This document shows positions 10,240 through 22,754 of a DNA stretch of 64,000 nt, in pieces. Numbering within the stretch: the stretch's first letter is position 1; every line of letters begins with the position of its first letter. The stretch spans positions 3,615 through 67,614 of the forward strand of contig NW_015162102.1 in the NCBI RefSeq assembly GCF_001447785.1. Direction: 5' to 3'. This stretch comes from Gekko japonicus. Lineage: Eukaryota. Under the pieces are notes generated by a model. It searched no databases. It worked only from the letters and a program-made list of their open reading frames with translations, and was not told the DNA's origin. Both the position numbers and the translations under genes were made by a program.

Positions 10240-11075
10240 ATCTTCTAATACTGTATATGCCATTAAATGTCAACAATTCCCTTCGGCTCTCTACATAGGA
10301 CAAACCCTACACCAGAGGACAAATCGACACAAATCTGACATCAGGAATCACAAGATTGAGAAACCTGTAGGAGAACACTTCAACCTTCCAGGACCTTTGG
10401 GTGACCTCAAAGTACCTGTTTCATTACAAAAGAACTTCAGGAATGGAATGGAAAGGGAAATTGCTGAATTACAAGTTATTACAACACTTGGAACAGAAAC
10501 CTCCCCAGGACTCAACAGGGATATTGGTTTTTTATCTCATTACATATGCTAACTCATTCAGTCCTCACATATGTATTATTGACAAGGACTATAAATCCTC
10601 TATATTTTAGTGTATTTCTTTTTCAGAATAGTATATTAGAACACTGAATGTAATGCAAGGGATATTGACAACACCACATCCCCCTCAAAAATCCTGTTAA
10701 GTGACCTCCACACCTGAGAGTTTCAGTTACATCCCACGATTAGAAAATATATATTTGGACATTTATCTGCTATTTTGACAAATTTATCGCTTTACAACTG
10801 TTGACCTTATAACCTTAACTTGTTATTTAGTTGAACAAAACTAAATTATTTAGCTTTCACTTAGCATATCTTGAACGTCATCATGTTATATGTTAATTTG
10901 CTATTCATTCTCTGGCTATGAGTTTGAACCTTACCTACCATTCCAACGTATTTGAAAAAGTGTGCCTTGCACATGAAAGCTCATACCTTGAATAAACCTT
11001 TGTTGGTCTTAAAGGTGCCACTGGACTCTAAATTTGTTCTACTGCTTCAAACCAACACAGCTGACTAACTGGAAG
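10240..11075 (+). mobile_element. Penelope-like element (Poseidon/Penelope type), 3' part with GIY-YIG endonuclease and pLTR
   Basis: SSNTVYAIKCQQ..ALYIGQT..HKSDIRN..PVGEHFN..EREIAE..GLNRDIGFLSHY, then a 3' end AATAAACC..GGTCTTAAAGGTGCCACTGGACT. Confidence 0.9.
10948..10986 (+). ncRNA. Minimal type I hammerhead ribozyme motif (PLE pLTR), U3-A8 core variant
   Basis: GTAT-TTGAAAAA-GTGTGC CTT GCACAT-GAA-AGCT-C-ATAC: helix I GTAT/ATAC, helix II hairpin, palindromic helix III AGCT. Confidence 0.7.
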
Positions 11076-13509
11076 ACAGTAGTAGATATGTCACATGCGA
11101 GTATCATAATTTAAACAAGCAGAACCCACAGGAGCACCTAAAATGAAGCTGACATACATGCTTTAATGGTGCTGTTGTGTTTCTTCTTTACAGGAGTGGG
11201 AGAGGATAGGAGCCCCTTGGTCCAATTCCCTTGAATCCTGTTTGGTCTTTAGTGGACAGGCAGCATTACCTCTGCTGCAGTTTTGTTGCCATTTGCTTGA
11301 AAAACAGCTTCTCCATCCTCCTGGGAAGTTTCCCCATAGGGAAAAGTAGACCTGCATAATTTCTGGAATCCTGAAACACCCCCAAATCTGGATACCATAC
11401 TGGTGCTTAGGACCTGAATATCCCGGAATACCAATAATTATGTTCTCCTCAAGATCTGAAAATACCAATTTCTTTTTTCTGGTGAACATCCCTACATTAG
11501 ACTGGCTGCAAGTCGGAATGCTTATTTCTATAAGACCATGGGCATCCACATCAACAACTTTTCTGAAACTCTATCTGCAGCAGGTGATTTTGCATGTAAT
11601 AGCGGTAAATATGAGAAGATCCAAATCCAGGCAAACAAGAATTCATCTGATGGGGCCTTGGGGTTACAAAAGTTGGTAATGGCATTATGTAATGGTTTGT
11701 AATCCTCCTGATTACGACCTTGGAAAGCCCTCAAAGTTTTTGCACCTCATAATATGGTCTCTTAAATTAAGACACAGAGTTAGAAATTCAGTGATTGCAA
11801 ATTGTGATCCTTTAATAATCTAAAGTTTCAATAATTAAGAAAGAGCTTTAAGCTTGATTGTTGTTTGAATGGCTGGCATCTCTAGTTAAAAGAATTTTAG
11901 GCAGCAATAAAACAGGGGAAATCTTGAACAGCTGCCACCATTCAGAGTAGCCAGACTATGTACAGTTATATTTATCAATGGTCTGATCCAGCTGATGGAT
12001 TTGTCACTGCCAGAACTACATAGACCAATCTGCCCTCCCTCCCTACATCCTTAATTTAAGGCTTACAGAAGTCCGTTCTTATCCTCATGCTGGGGTATCT
12101 TTCTGGTAGACTTTTCTCATAGGCTTGCAATGGCATGAAAAAGGCTAAATTGTGTGCATGATGCCCAGTTCACCACAGTCAAGTGAATGTTCAGCAGCTC
12201 TCCATGCTCAATGGTTGTGTGAACTGGCTTTTGTTCAACAGCCTTTAAGAACAGTCTAATGTTGTGAACAGGAAGGAGCTTGGCATTTTTACAAGCACTG
12301 AAAACTCTTATGGCTGCCACAATGTAACAAATGCATAACAAAAATGAATAAGTGCCATAATAAAAGGTAAGGTCATTTGCATACAAACATGAACAAAGGC
12401 AAAAGAGAGACTAATGTGGCAGAGTGTCCATGCACCAGCTATTTAAACAGTCTTCTCTTTCTGTAGATTCTATTGCTCAGCAACTGGTTTGTCATAAATG
12501 AGTTCGGCGGCTATACAGAATTCACATCGCTTTGGCAAAAAGGAAAAGGGAATTTGCGTCCATGCCTTTGTTGGAGACCTTGATGCAAGCCCCAATTAAA
12601 ACTGAAGCTATTCCTCTCTCTTTTTAAAGAAACGCTAAAGGGCAACTTTCAGCGAAGGATAGAAAACCGCCAGCATTATTTGATAGGTAATGCTAATTAA
12701 CAAGCCTCTATTCTTGCACTTTTCATCTCGGTGATTTCAAATGCCATTTTATTTAGTTCCATTATTTTGAGAAAAATGTGTCTAATGCTACCAAGTTGTG
12801 TATTATTTTCACCTGTGTTCCACAGTAAAAGGGACCTTTCTTTCTCTCCAACACCCAATTACATACTGTCTGGTTGTTCCCAAGTGTCAAAATATAGATA
12901 AATAGAATATGGTTTCTTTCCAGACCCTTTGAATACATGTCCTCAGATGAGAGAGTAGAATCATGTGCATCATCTTCCCCATTTTTGTAATTTATTCATT
13001 TAGACATACTAAGAACTGACTGCTGGCTGACTTTGCTTTCACTTTTAGTAGTTTAAATGTTTCTTAGTGATTTGACAAAGGAGACTGGTCCTCCTTAAGT
13101 AGGCAAGAAACGTCAGAGCAAGGCCTGTTTATATGTCACAAGTGGAAACTTAGCTTTAAATTTAGCATTTGATTCATAGTTGAGTTTGGAAGTGAATTAC
13201 GGAATAATGAATCTCTGGCAAATACTTCTTTTGTCCAGAGTACACACAAGTTGTGATCATGGGGGCTTTTGAGTCTGTATCATTAACACTAATGAAACTC
13301 CTGCCACCTAAGTGGCGAAGTAGCTTTTTGCATGGAGAACAGCCTATTTTCTCAATTCCTCCCTGAAGTGCTAAGGGCTCATACATTAGCTTTTCAATCA
13401 TAATAAAAACTTCACTGAGGCTGCAGGCATATTTTATGGCCTGTTGAACAAGAGGTAGCTTTCTTTGTAACTGAGAAGGTGAAGAAACATTGCATCACTT
13501 AGACTGGCA

Positions 13510-13803
13510 CCTGGAGACCATTTCCTATTATAAGTTTCTCAGTTTTGTGCTGATTTTTTTTGTTTTGGAAAATTAGGTCTAGGTCATGTGGTCCTCTTTC
13601 CAAAGAAGGATACGCCTCTTTCCAAAGAAGGATACGCCATCTTTTACAACGCTCACTGAAGTGTTCCCCTGGAGACCATTTCCTATTATAGGTTTCTCAG
13701 TTTGGTGCTGATTTTTTTTTTTTTTTGGAAAATTAGGTCTAGGTCATGTGGGCCTCTTTCCAAAGAAGGATATGCCATCTTTTACAACGCTCACTGAAGT
13801 GTT
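13510..13803 (+). repeat. Tandem duplication (about 155 bp and 136 bp copies) with a nested 22-bp duplication in copy 1
   Basis: CCTGGAGACCATTTCCTATTATA...GCTCACTGAAGTGTT occurs at 13510-13665 and 13668-13803. CCTCTTTCCAAAGAAGGATACG is doubled in the first copy. Confidence 0.9.
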
Positions 13804-14264
13804 GTAAAAATTATTTATGTTAAATTTTTATATTCCAAATTGAGACTAATGCCATGGCAATGATGACTTCTTTGTGGGCCTTCATGCTCACATGAATACA
13901 TCCCTTGGTTTGTCATCCCTTGGTTTGTGCATCCCTTCAGTCCTACTGCAGTGCACGTAGTGAAATCCAGAACAAAGAGAAGCAAACCAGGTTCAATCTT
14001 TCTCAAATGTTAACCTGCCCACACACGTTGGTGGTTGGAAGGAGCCTATCCTTGCCACTCTGGCTTGGGAAATTCCTGGAGACCTGTGTGGGGAGGACAG
14101 AGTTTAGGGAAAGGAGTGAGTTCTGTGGGGTTGTGATGTTGTAGAGTCTGCCTTCTGAAGCTGCCATTTTCTCCAGGGGAACTAATCTTTATAGTCTGGA
14201 GATCAGTTGTAATTCTGGAAGAATTCCAGGCTCCACCTGAAGGTTGGCAAACGGATATTGATCT

Positions 14265-15185
14265 TGTCGTGTCCCTTGAGGCCACACCTCCATGGGGAGT
14301 ACCACGGGCTGGAAGAGGACCTTTGGGGGTTCCGCCGGGAGTCTCAGATGCATGGGTCATCCATTAAGTTACATCACTTGCAGCAGGAACCGGCACCACC
14401 TTGGAGTTCAGGTCTCACTGGCCTCAGAATCTCTCTCTCGCTCCGAGCTGCTCAGCCTGTAACTTTATCTCTCCATCCTCCTTGACTCTGGCATCCTCTC
14501 CTCCTTTTATTCCCCTTTCCAGCCCATGCTCATCCCTTCCTCTCACGCCTCAATTCTGAGTGGTTCCCTCATTGGTCACGTTGGAGCATCTCCTCTTCCC
14601 TTGGCCTCGCCTCCCTTCTACATCTGGGTGGGGCTCGCATCTTCGGCGTGGGTGCCGGGTCTGGCATCCTTGCACCCCTGGGGACCAGCAAGGCTTCTGG
14701 CAGTGTCCTGGCGCCCTTCTCGCCCCAAGGTGCTTGGTCTTTAAGATATTTTCCCTGGCTGCTCCATCTTCTCCCGGGTGACATGTGAGGGTTGCGGGCC
14801 GGGTCCGGGTGGTGCCCCAAACTATGGGACATGTCCGGGTGGAGTCTTCCTCACCATGGTGCCAACAGGTAGGTGTGGGTTGGGTTCTGGTGGCACCTTC
14901 GGCCCTGTTGCCCTCGGCGCTTCCCACGGGGGTCCTGGTTGGGAAGCCTGTTCCTTCCGCCATGCTTCCAGTTCCGGGCCCTCTCAGGACGGTCTGCTCC
15001 TAGGTGAGGGAAGGAGCATCGCCAGCCGCATCAGAGACGTCTGTGCTTGGACTGGCCTTGCTCTGTTTGGCCGCCTGACTTCTGTCGGCATGAGGACTGA
15101 TGATGGGGGGAGGAGAGCAGCCCAGTCCTGGACCGGGACTGAAACCAGGGGTGGGGGGAGAGCAACCCAGGCCCAGGCCAGGCCA
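14265..15185 (-). mobile_element. Solo or composite LTR related to the 7385-8087 LTR
   Basis: TG...CA termini and 5-bp TSD GATCT (14260-14264, 15186-15190). Shares a GGGA(A/G)TA(A)CCAC.GGC motif and a CCTTTTAT TATA-like box with the first LTR. Confidence 0.75.
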
Positions 15186-18100
15186 GATCTTTTTGGATAC
15201 AGCATAATACATCTGTAGATGAGTGTGTAATATAACGAAGCCATTTGCAGCTTTGAAAGGGCTTAACTATCCCTGATCTATAATGACAGTGCTGCATATA
15301 TGTAAAATATATTCAGTGTCTGGCTGGCGGAGGGGTGGCGGTAGGTCTGACCCGTGGTTTCTAAAGGTTACAGCATTATGCCTAAGTATGAAAGCCAAGA
15401 GGCTGAATAAAGGCAGACACTGGTTTTCACAAGTCACATAGGTGTCTTGGGTTTGGCCCACAACAAACTCATCAGCCAAAGATAACATCATGCTGTGTTT
15501 TTTATCAATAAAATTTTAATGTCTGAGTTATAAATATTCTCCATTTGTTCCCTATTTACAGTTGCAAAATATTTTAAGATATTTTCCCATCACCTGTCAT
15601 TCAGCATCTCTCTATAAATGCCATGAAAATGTCATTATGAAATAAAAATCTCTATTTTCAGCCCACAAATCTGACACCCACGCACTCACACAAAAAAGAT
15701 TAGGGGGGAGGGGAAATACAGTACAGCAGGCGACAATGCGAACATTTGCTACACAGTAGCAAGAGGATTGAGTCAAACACTTTTCTGAGTCTGTATTACA
15801 ATGGCAAGCTCTTCAAGATGTTTGTGATAGACCAACGCTGGCCAGAACATTTCTGTAGAACAAGTTGAAATCCAAATTCATTATCATTGTTTTCCTGAAG
15901 CTCCAAGCAGCGTTTGGATTTTCTATTCTGGATTGGGCCTCCCTTTAAGAGCAGAAAGAGGAAAACAACAACATATTACATCAAAAGTCACTCTTTGTTC
16001 CTCAGCTCATGACACTTCAGATTAATAGTAACTTTATCTGGGACCATACTAATAAGTGAGAGGGTAGTTTAAGTCACCCGATATGTAATGACTTGTGGCT
16101 CCACCTTTAGGAGTTAGACAATAACAGTCAGCTGGCTCACGTCACTCAGAAAATGCTCCTTCCAGCCAGACCATGCGTGGGGAGATTTTCAGACAGATAT
16201 ATCTCAAATAGCTCAAAGGAGATTTTCAGATAGACACATTCCGAAATAGTCAGAAAACACACAACCTCAAGTGAACAGACACACGCTTACCCCTCTTTCT
16301 CTCTTGTGCCAATTCCAAACTCAACAGCCCTGTTAGAAGTCCCTGTTCAAAAGCCCCAGGATGCACACCCCCAAGAAACCTGTGTCTGATCTCAGATCTG
16401 TAATCTTGCTGTGAGGATGAAGTAGGGATGAGAGATTATGCTTACTGTTCTGAAACCTTTGGGAAATCAGTAAATCGCTACAAGTCACTTGCTTATGTGT
16501 TTTCAGAGGGATTGCAGCTTTTTTGTGTCAAATTAAGTTTGCAGCCTAGCTTTGCATAACTCAGCTTCATCTATTCTTCATTATATCTAACAGTAAAGTG
16601 GTTTAGCTGTCAAATAGCAAAACCAGACCACCACAGAGAAGTCTGGGGTTTCTACAATTTCAGGAGATTCCCCAGTATTCAGAAAACCATGACTTTGCAA
16701 TTTAACCAAAGAAAAAGCATCCGAAAACAACCTGAGCGTGCTCCATGAAGAATGATCAGTAAAGGGAATTGTAAGTCAATCAAACAAAACAGCTAAGCTG
16801 ATAAAAGAAGAAATGGGGCACCACAAGCTCCTGAGAAGTTACAGGATCCCAGAAGGTGAGACTTGCAGGGGGCTGAAAAACTACTAATATGTTTTTGTGA
16901 AAAAATTCTACTCCACCTTCTTCCAAAACAGGTACACATGCTGCCCTACAAAGTTAGAAACTGAGCAAATATAAAGAAAACAATCTAATTTTGAAACATC
17001 AGCCTCTAATATAATTTACACAAAACAATTAAGCCTGAAACAGTAAGCAGCATCAATGGTAAAAGCAGCAACGTGCCTACAATGTGCTCTTGGAGGTACA
17101 GGGAAACTGGCTGTGAGTGAAATACTTGTTAAGTTAGCCAGTGTCATGTTTATCTGATCTATTTCAAACAACCCATTTGGAAACAGGGCAATATTGCTCT
17201 TACGGTCATACCTGTTACTACTTTTACACTAGTAGGTTGAGATCTACACAGCAGAGAGCAGACAAAGCTGGGAGAAATTCGACAGCTCTATGCCAAATGT
17301 TGTTACTGTCTACATTAGATGGGCAAGATTGGAGACTGCCAATCTAGAGTGAGGATGACAAAGGAAAACTACCTTGACATTGTACATAAAGCATTTATGT
17401 AGCGCAGAAGAGATCTTGGTACCTCATTCAGTGACAATGTGCAACTCTTCTAATCAGAATTATGTGAGGATTAAATAATCACCAAGATAGCATCACAACT
17501 CCACCAGGCAAGAATTCTGGCTTGATTTACAGTCAAGGCCCATAAAACGTGTACAGAGGTATAATGGTTATAATAGCAGGTGAATTTATAAAATATTATT
17601 TGATAACAATCGTATCCATTAATGAAAACTCTTAGAACTTTTATTACCACATCACTAATAAGACTAGAAAGTGACTATTTTTCCTTCTCCTTGAACATAA
17701 GTTACAGCTGGCTTTCAGGGTTATGTTATATGATCAGACAGAAAAGGCTATGAATGGCTCCTATAACAAAGGAAGAGACTGAGCTTCTTAATGAGTAAAA
17801 GAACCATTAATCTTACCCTGACATTGGTGTCCAGACATAATACCTTGCTAGGATTTGTGACTCAGATAAATTAATTCTATTAATTTTAATCTCTCGTTTT
17901 ACCCCCTCAAAATAGAGGAAAAGGGGAAGTGTGTCTTTTCCCCTTTTCTTTTCTACTGAATAGAAGTCAGATGCTCAAGGTTGGGTTTGAAGTATTATTC
18001 ACTATTAAGACAAAAGCTGCTATGCAGATGAAAGAGATAAAAGGAGATAAAAAGCATGAGTTTCACACAGATTAGATATTTATAAAGAATGAAGGGGTCC

Positions 18101-18649
18101 AACTGTGCATGGCATATATTCGAAACTGAATTATTCATGCTAGATAATTAGATTATTTTAACCTCACTCTCTGCTCACACCCATGCTGCCATTCTATTTA
18201 TTACAAATCAGTACTAGTCTATATTGGACTGAAGCCTGGACATTTGATGCCCATTTGGATGGAGGAGGAAGAGAGGACTGATCATATGAATTACATAACA
18301 GAATTTGGTTGACTGCTGACAAGAACACAACTTATAAAGCAAGTAAGTAACAACTCATTGAATGTTTATATTGACTCTGATTAGGGTCAGATGATGCAAA
18401 TAATGTTAATTTAAAAATAAATACACAATATATTATTGCCTCCTGGAATTGTTAAATAATTGACTGAGATAGTTTCATACATTCAAGAATTCAAGTAAAA
18501 GGATATAATTATCATGCAATAAACATAACCTATGAACTTGTCACACCACTGCTATGGGTCAGTGAATACAATTATAGCTGTTCCTTATAAGAAGGAGTTG
18601 ACTAGGTGCATACATATTTACTATTAAGGTTATTTTAGCTTGTTTTTCT

Positions 18650-21007
18650 GCACTTGAACCATCAAAATTCTACCATCTTCTGAGCTGCATATTAATTCTG
18701 GATGTAAGTGTTATTTGACATATATAGCTACACCTCTCTCTTTTTCATTGTCTGAAGCTATACATTTCCCCCCAAGTTTTTAAATCTCCAAATATTTTGA
18801 TCTGAATATCTTATGTGAGTCTCTTATAAATATATAATATCCAGTTGCTAATTCTTCTTCAGTTGTTGAAAAGTTTGTCTTCTTTTTTGGGGTGCATTTA
18901 AGCCATTAATGTTTATTGAAATTATTTTTATTTTCCCTCTTATCCATCTTTATTTTGGGTTTTATCATCACCTTTATGCTTCATTTTAAATCTTGTGATC
19001 CTCTGGGGTAGTGCAGTCATCTTAGATGTTCGAGTTGTTGTGGTTATTCCAGATGCTCTTTGTGTTTCTTGCTGGGTCTCATCAGTTTGCATTTCTTCCT
19101 CCTCCATCTTCAGGTCTTCACCATATGTTTTAATAAAATCCTCCACTTTAAATTTAGAATTGATTCTATATCTTTTCCCCTTGTAAGTAAAGAGGAGGAT
19201 TTCTGGAAACAGCCATCTATATGAGATTCCATTCCTTCTAAGAATGTAAATTCTGCATATTCTCTTCTCATCTCTCTCACTCTCCAGGGTATTTCCTTTA
19301 AGATTTTTATTTTTGTCTCCTCTATTTGGAAGGGTGTCTCTTTTGTTGCATTGAGAATGGCATCTCTTATTGTTCTTTTATTAAATCTCACGTGCATTTC
19401 TCTTCGTGGACTGTGTCTTCTTGCATAGGCAGAATTCATTCTGTAGGCCACATCAATTCTTTGCCATTAATAAAGGCACTTGTGCATCACTAGAGATAGG
19501 CTGTGGCTCAGAGCACATGTGGAAGATCTCAGGTTCAATCCCTACCATCTTCAGTTTATGGATTTCAAGTAGCAGGTGTTGAAAAACACATTTATATTCA
19601 TGAGGTACATTTTGAATTCTTGTCAAGTTCTAGTTTAATAAGGGCCTCATCCATATAGTTTTGTTTAGATTCTACTTTTTCCACTTTTAGGTGCATCTTT
19701 TCAGATTTGTCTTCCATCTGATTAACTGTTTTGGCCAAGGTGAACAACTCTTGTCTATTTTCTATTAGCTGTTTTTGTACTTCTGTCATATGCTGCATCA
19801 TCTGCTGTGATAAGGAGTCCAATTTGGTTTGCACAGGGTTAACAGTTGCAGCTACCACTTCTTGTATTAACGTATGCAACTCTTTTGCTGAAAGCTGGCA
19901 GAAATTTAGTTTGACCAGGAGATATGGTAGAAGGGGGAGGTTTCCCTTTCTTATCCATATTTCTGTATTTTATATTATACCTCTGATTAAGGAAACACCT
20001 CTTTACTGTTAAATATTCTATTAATCAGGTAAGAGAAGGAGAAAGAAAAATAAATAAAAAGAACCCATTTTAGTTGTCCATAAACACTCTGGCAGTTAAT
20101 ATAATCACAAAGAGCAGTTATCAGTAGTTTGTGTTACACTCTGTACAGACTATATTTTGAAGAATACAAAATACAGCCTTAAAGACATAACAGTTCCAAA
20201 TTTAGAGCCTCTCTTACACGGAAATGACATTCAGAAAGTGAAAGTAAACTGCAACATAGTCCTTGACCATCTTTCACTTCTATCTTCTTTCTTCTGTTAT
20301 CTTTATTTATATTCCAAATAAGGCACTAAATAAAACTGTAATCCAATTGTATATCTTCACAAATATCCAAATTGTAATCCCAAAAGTGTTAAAATCAAAG
20401 CATCACCAGGCTTCTGCAGACTCTTAATATTTTAATCCACAAGGTCGTGAGTCAAATAGTAATTAAAAGTAGAGTATTAAATCAAAAATTAATCCCAGAC
20501 TTCCACCTTTTTCTCCTCGTTTAGCCCTTGAAAAATATTCCAAATGCCAATTTACCTCTTCGGATAGCCGCTTCAGAGGAAGGGGGAGGGAGTTCCTTTC
20601 CATCCATCCAATCTTTTAAAGATCTCTTTAAAGGGGCTATATAGACACAGTCCCTTCCAATTGCTGTGCTTTGTCAAATACTCATGGTGTAGAGACTTTT
20701 TGAAGATTCAGATGGGATCAAAATGCTGCTCCCCTCTGTCCTGGTAGTCATGGCTCCACAGCTATGGAGGAGCCACAGCTGCTCTCATCTGGGTTTGGGC
20801 TTCAGGTGATCCTGGTCTCAATCCACTTGCCGCCACTTGCGGAGAGTCCAGGATCAAGCCCCTTGCAGTTGGGTCCCTCTCCAAGGAATCCAGGGGTGGG
20901 GGATCATAAGACAGTGTTCCCCCACCAAATCCAGCAATCCGGCTCAGCTTCATGGAAGCGCTCCTGGAGCTTGTCCGCTGCCACCATGCTGAAAACCGGA
21001 GTGTCCT
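18650..21007 (-). mobile_element. L1 LINE 5' portion: 5' UTR, disrupted ORF1, start of ORF2
   Basis: Coiled-coil ORF1 (19598-19879), then IDVAYRMNSAYARRHSPRREMHVRF..ILKEIPWRVRE (19110-19451). ORF2 start ISININGLNAPQKRR at about 18880-18925. 5' end GGACACTCCGGTT. Confidence 0.85.
19458..19604 (+). repeat. 147-bp near-identical copy of 26068-26214 inserted in L1 ORF1
   Basis: TCTTTGCCATTAATAAAGGCACTTGTGC...CACATTTATATTCATGAG at both loci, with only a few substitutions. Confidence 0.92.
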
Positions 21008-21199
21008 TCTCTAGCAGAAGGAGGGATTCAATAAGAAGCTCTCCCCTCATTTCTACTGACAGAAAATGTAGACAGGAATGGCTTCAATACAATTATTATC
21101 CAGTATCAGAAGAACACATTGGGTTGGACTCAATGATTCCATTCTACAAAGTGAGATCTGAGCAGTCTTTGCCACCAGATGTAGGTGACGTATAATTCT

Positions 21200-22710
21200 C
21201 TTCACTTCAAGTTTGCTGGAAGAAAAACAATATAATCCACTGGGAAGCACCTGGGTTTCTATTATATAAATGATATTGTAGCAAGACTAACCAGCCCAGA
21301 ATTTGTTCCACCAACATTAGGTCAACAAAAGTTATCAATATTACTATATGTAGATGATATGGTCCTAGTTTCTTTAACCAGGATTGGATTAAAGAGGCGT
21401 TTGGATAACTTGGGGGACTACTGTACAAAAGCTTACCATCAACTACTCAAAAAGTAAAGTAGTGGTCTTTCGAAGAAAGCCTAAAAATATTTCTGGAGTA
21501 TACAAGGTACTCCAATAGAACAGAGTAAAAATTACAAATATTTGGGTCTAATATTCAGTGAAACCTTGAGCTGGAATGCCCACATTGCGTCCTTAAAATC
21601 TTCAGCAAATAAGATCATTGGTGTGGTACTGAGATTCTATTACAACAAGGGAAGTCTACTAATAGATCCAGCCCTTAAACTTTTTGACAGCAAAGTAATC
21701 TCACATAAACTATATGGTATAGGACTTTGGGGGTTGAAAGAACAAACACTTTCTAGCTTGGAGGTAATCCAAAATCTTTTTTTTAAGGTGTATCTTGGTA
21801 CTTCCAAAAGGGACACCAGCAGCCCTATTAAGGGCAGAACTTGGCCTCCTCTCAATTAGGGCTCGTGCTCATCTAGCTAAAATCATGGAAGAAATACCAA
21901 TTGATGCAAACTGAATCTCTTGGTAAACTTAGCTATTGTTTGTCACTAAGTAAAGATAAAATTCGCTCTGATTTTGTTCATAACATAACATAACATAATT
22001 CCCATTATACAATTCCAGATGATTTACTGCGATCTTTAGGGAACAACCATGATCTGAGGCAGTGGGTGTTTAATGGAGATGCCATAATAGATTATTCTTT
22101 AATCATTCAGTCAAAATTTGCTCCTTGGTACAAAGACATAAAGAAAGATCATTTAAGAGCTGCATACCTGGTAAATATTACCGCATACAAGCTTAGAACA
22201 GCATTTACAGTATTGTGTTTCCAGACTATGCCAACAAAATTACTCCTTGGACGATACTTAAAAATACCCCAGGAACAACATATTTGTATCTGTAAAACGT
22301 CTGTGGAGGATCTTTTTCATTATGTTATGGTCTGCCCATTGTATTGGGAACTGAGATGTAAATTCTTGACTGCAATAACAGATCAATTGCAATTTTTTTC
22401 TGACACCGATAAATTAATATTTCTGCTGTCAGACGCAGACCCTACAGTTTCCTATAGGGTAGCAATCTTCGCCTTAGTGGCTAGTAAAATTAGGGCCAAG
22501 AACATAGGAAAATAAAATGAAATTGAACTGTAAAACAGCAATGTTTGAGGATGTGTATGTGTTTAATTAATTTAAATACTGAATGTGCAGATTTTAGAGG
22601 TGATTATATTTTAAATCTAATTCAAATTCCAGTGCTGTAAGTTGTCTAATTTGTATATTGTTTAAATTTAAATTTTAAATTGTAATGGCTAATGGCTACA
22701 CAATAAATTT

Positions 22711-22754
<44 letters not shown>
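21200..22754 (+). mobile_element. RTE-X-like LINE 3' part
   Basis: LYVDDMVLVSLTRIGLKRRL at about 21343, YKYLGLIF, C-terminal HICICKTSVEDLFHYVMVC, then AATAAA and a (TAC)n tail at 22711-22754. Confidence 0.85.

Noticed and set aside
12452-12692. Plus-strand acceptor/donor pair as a coding exon
   Set aside because: The best-looking frame hits a stop and I found no recognisable protein.
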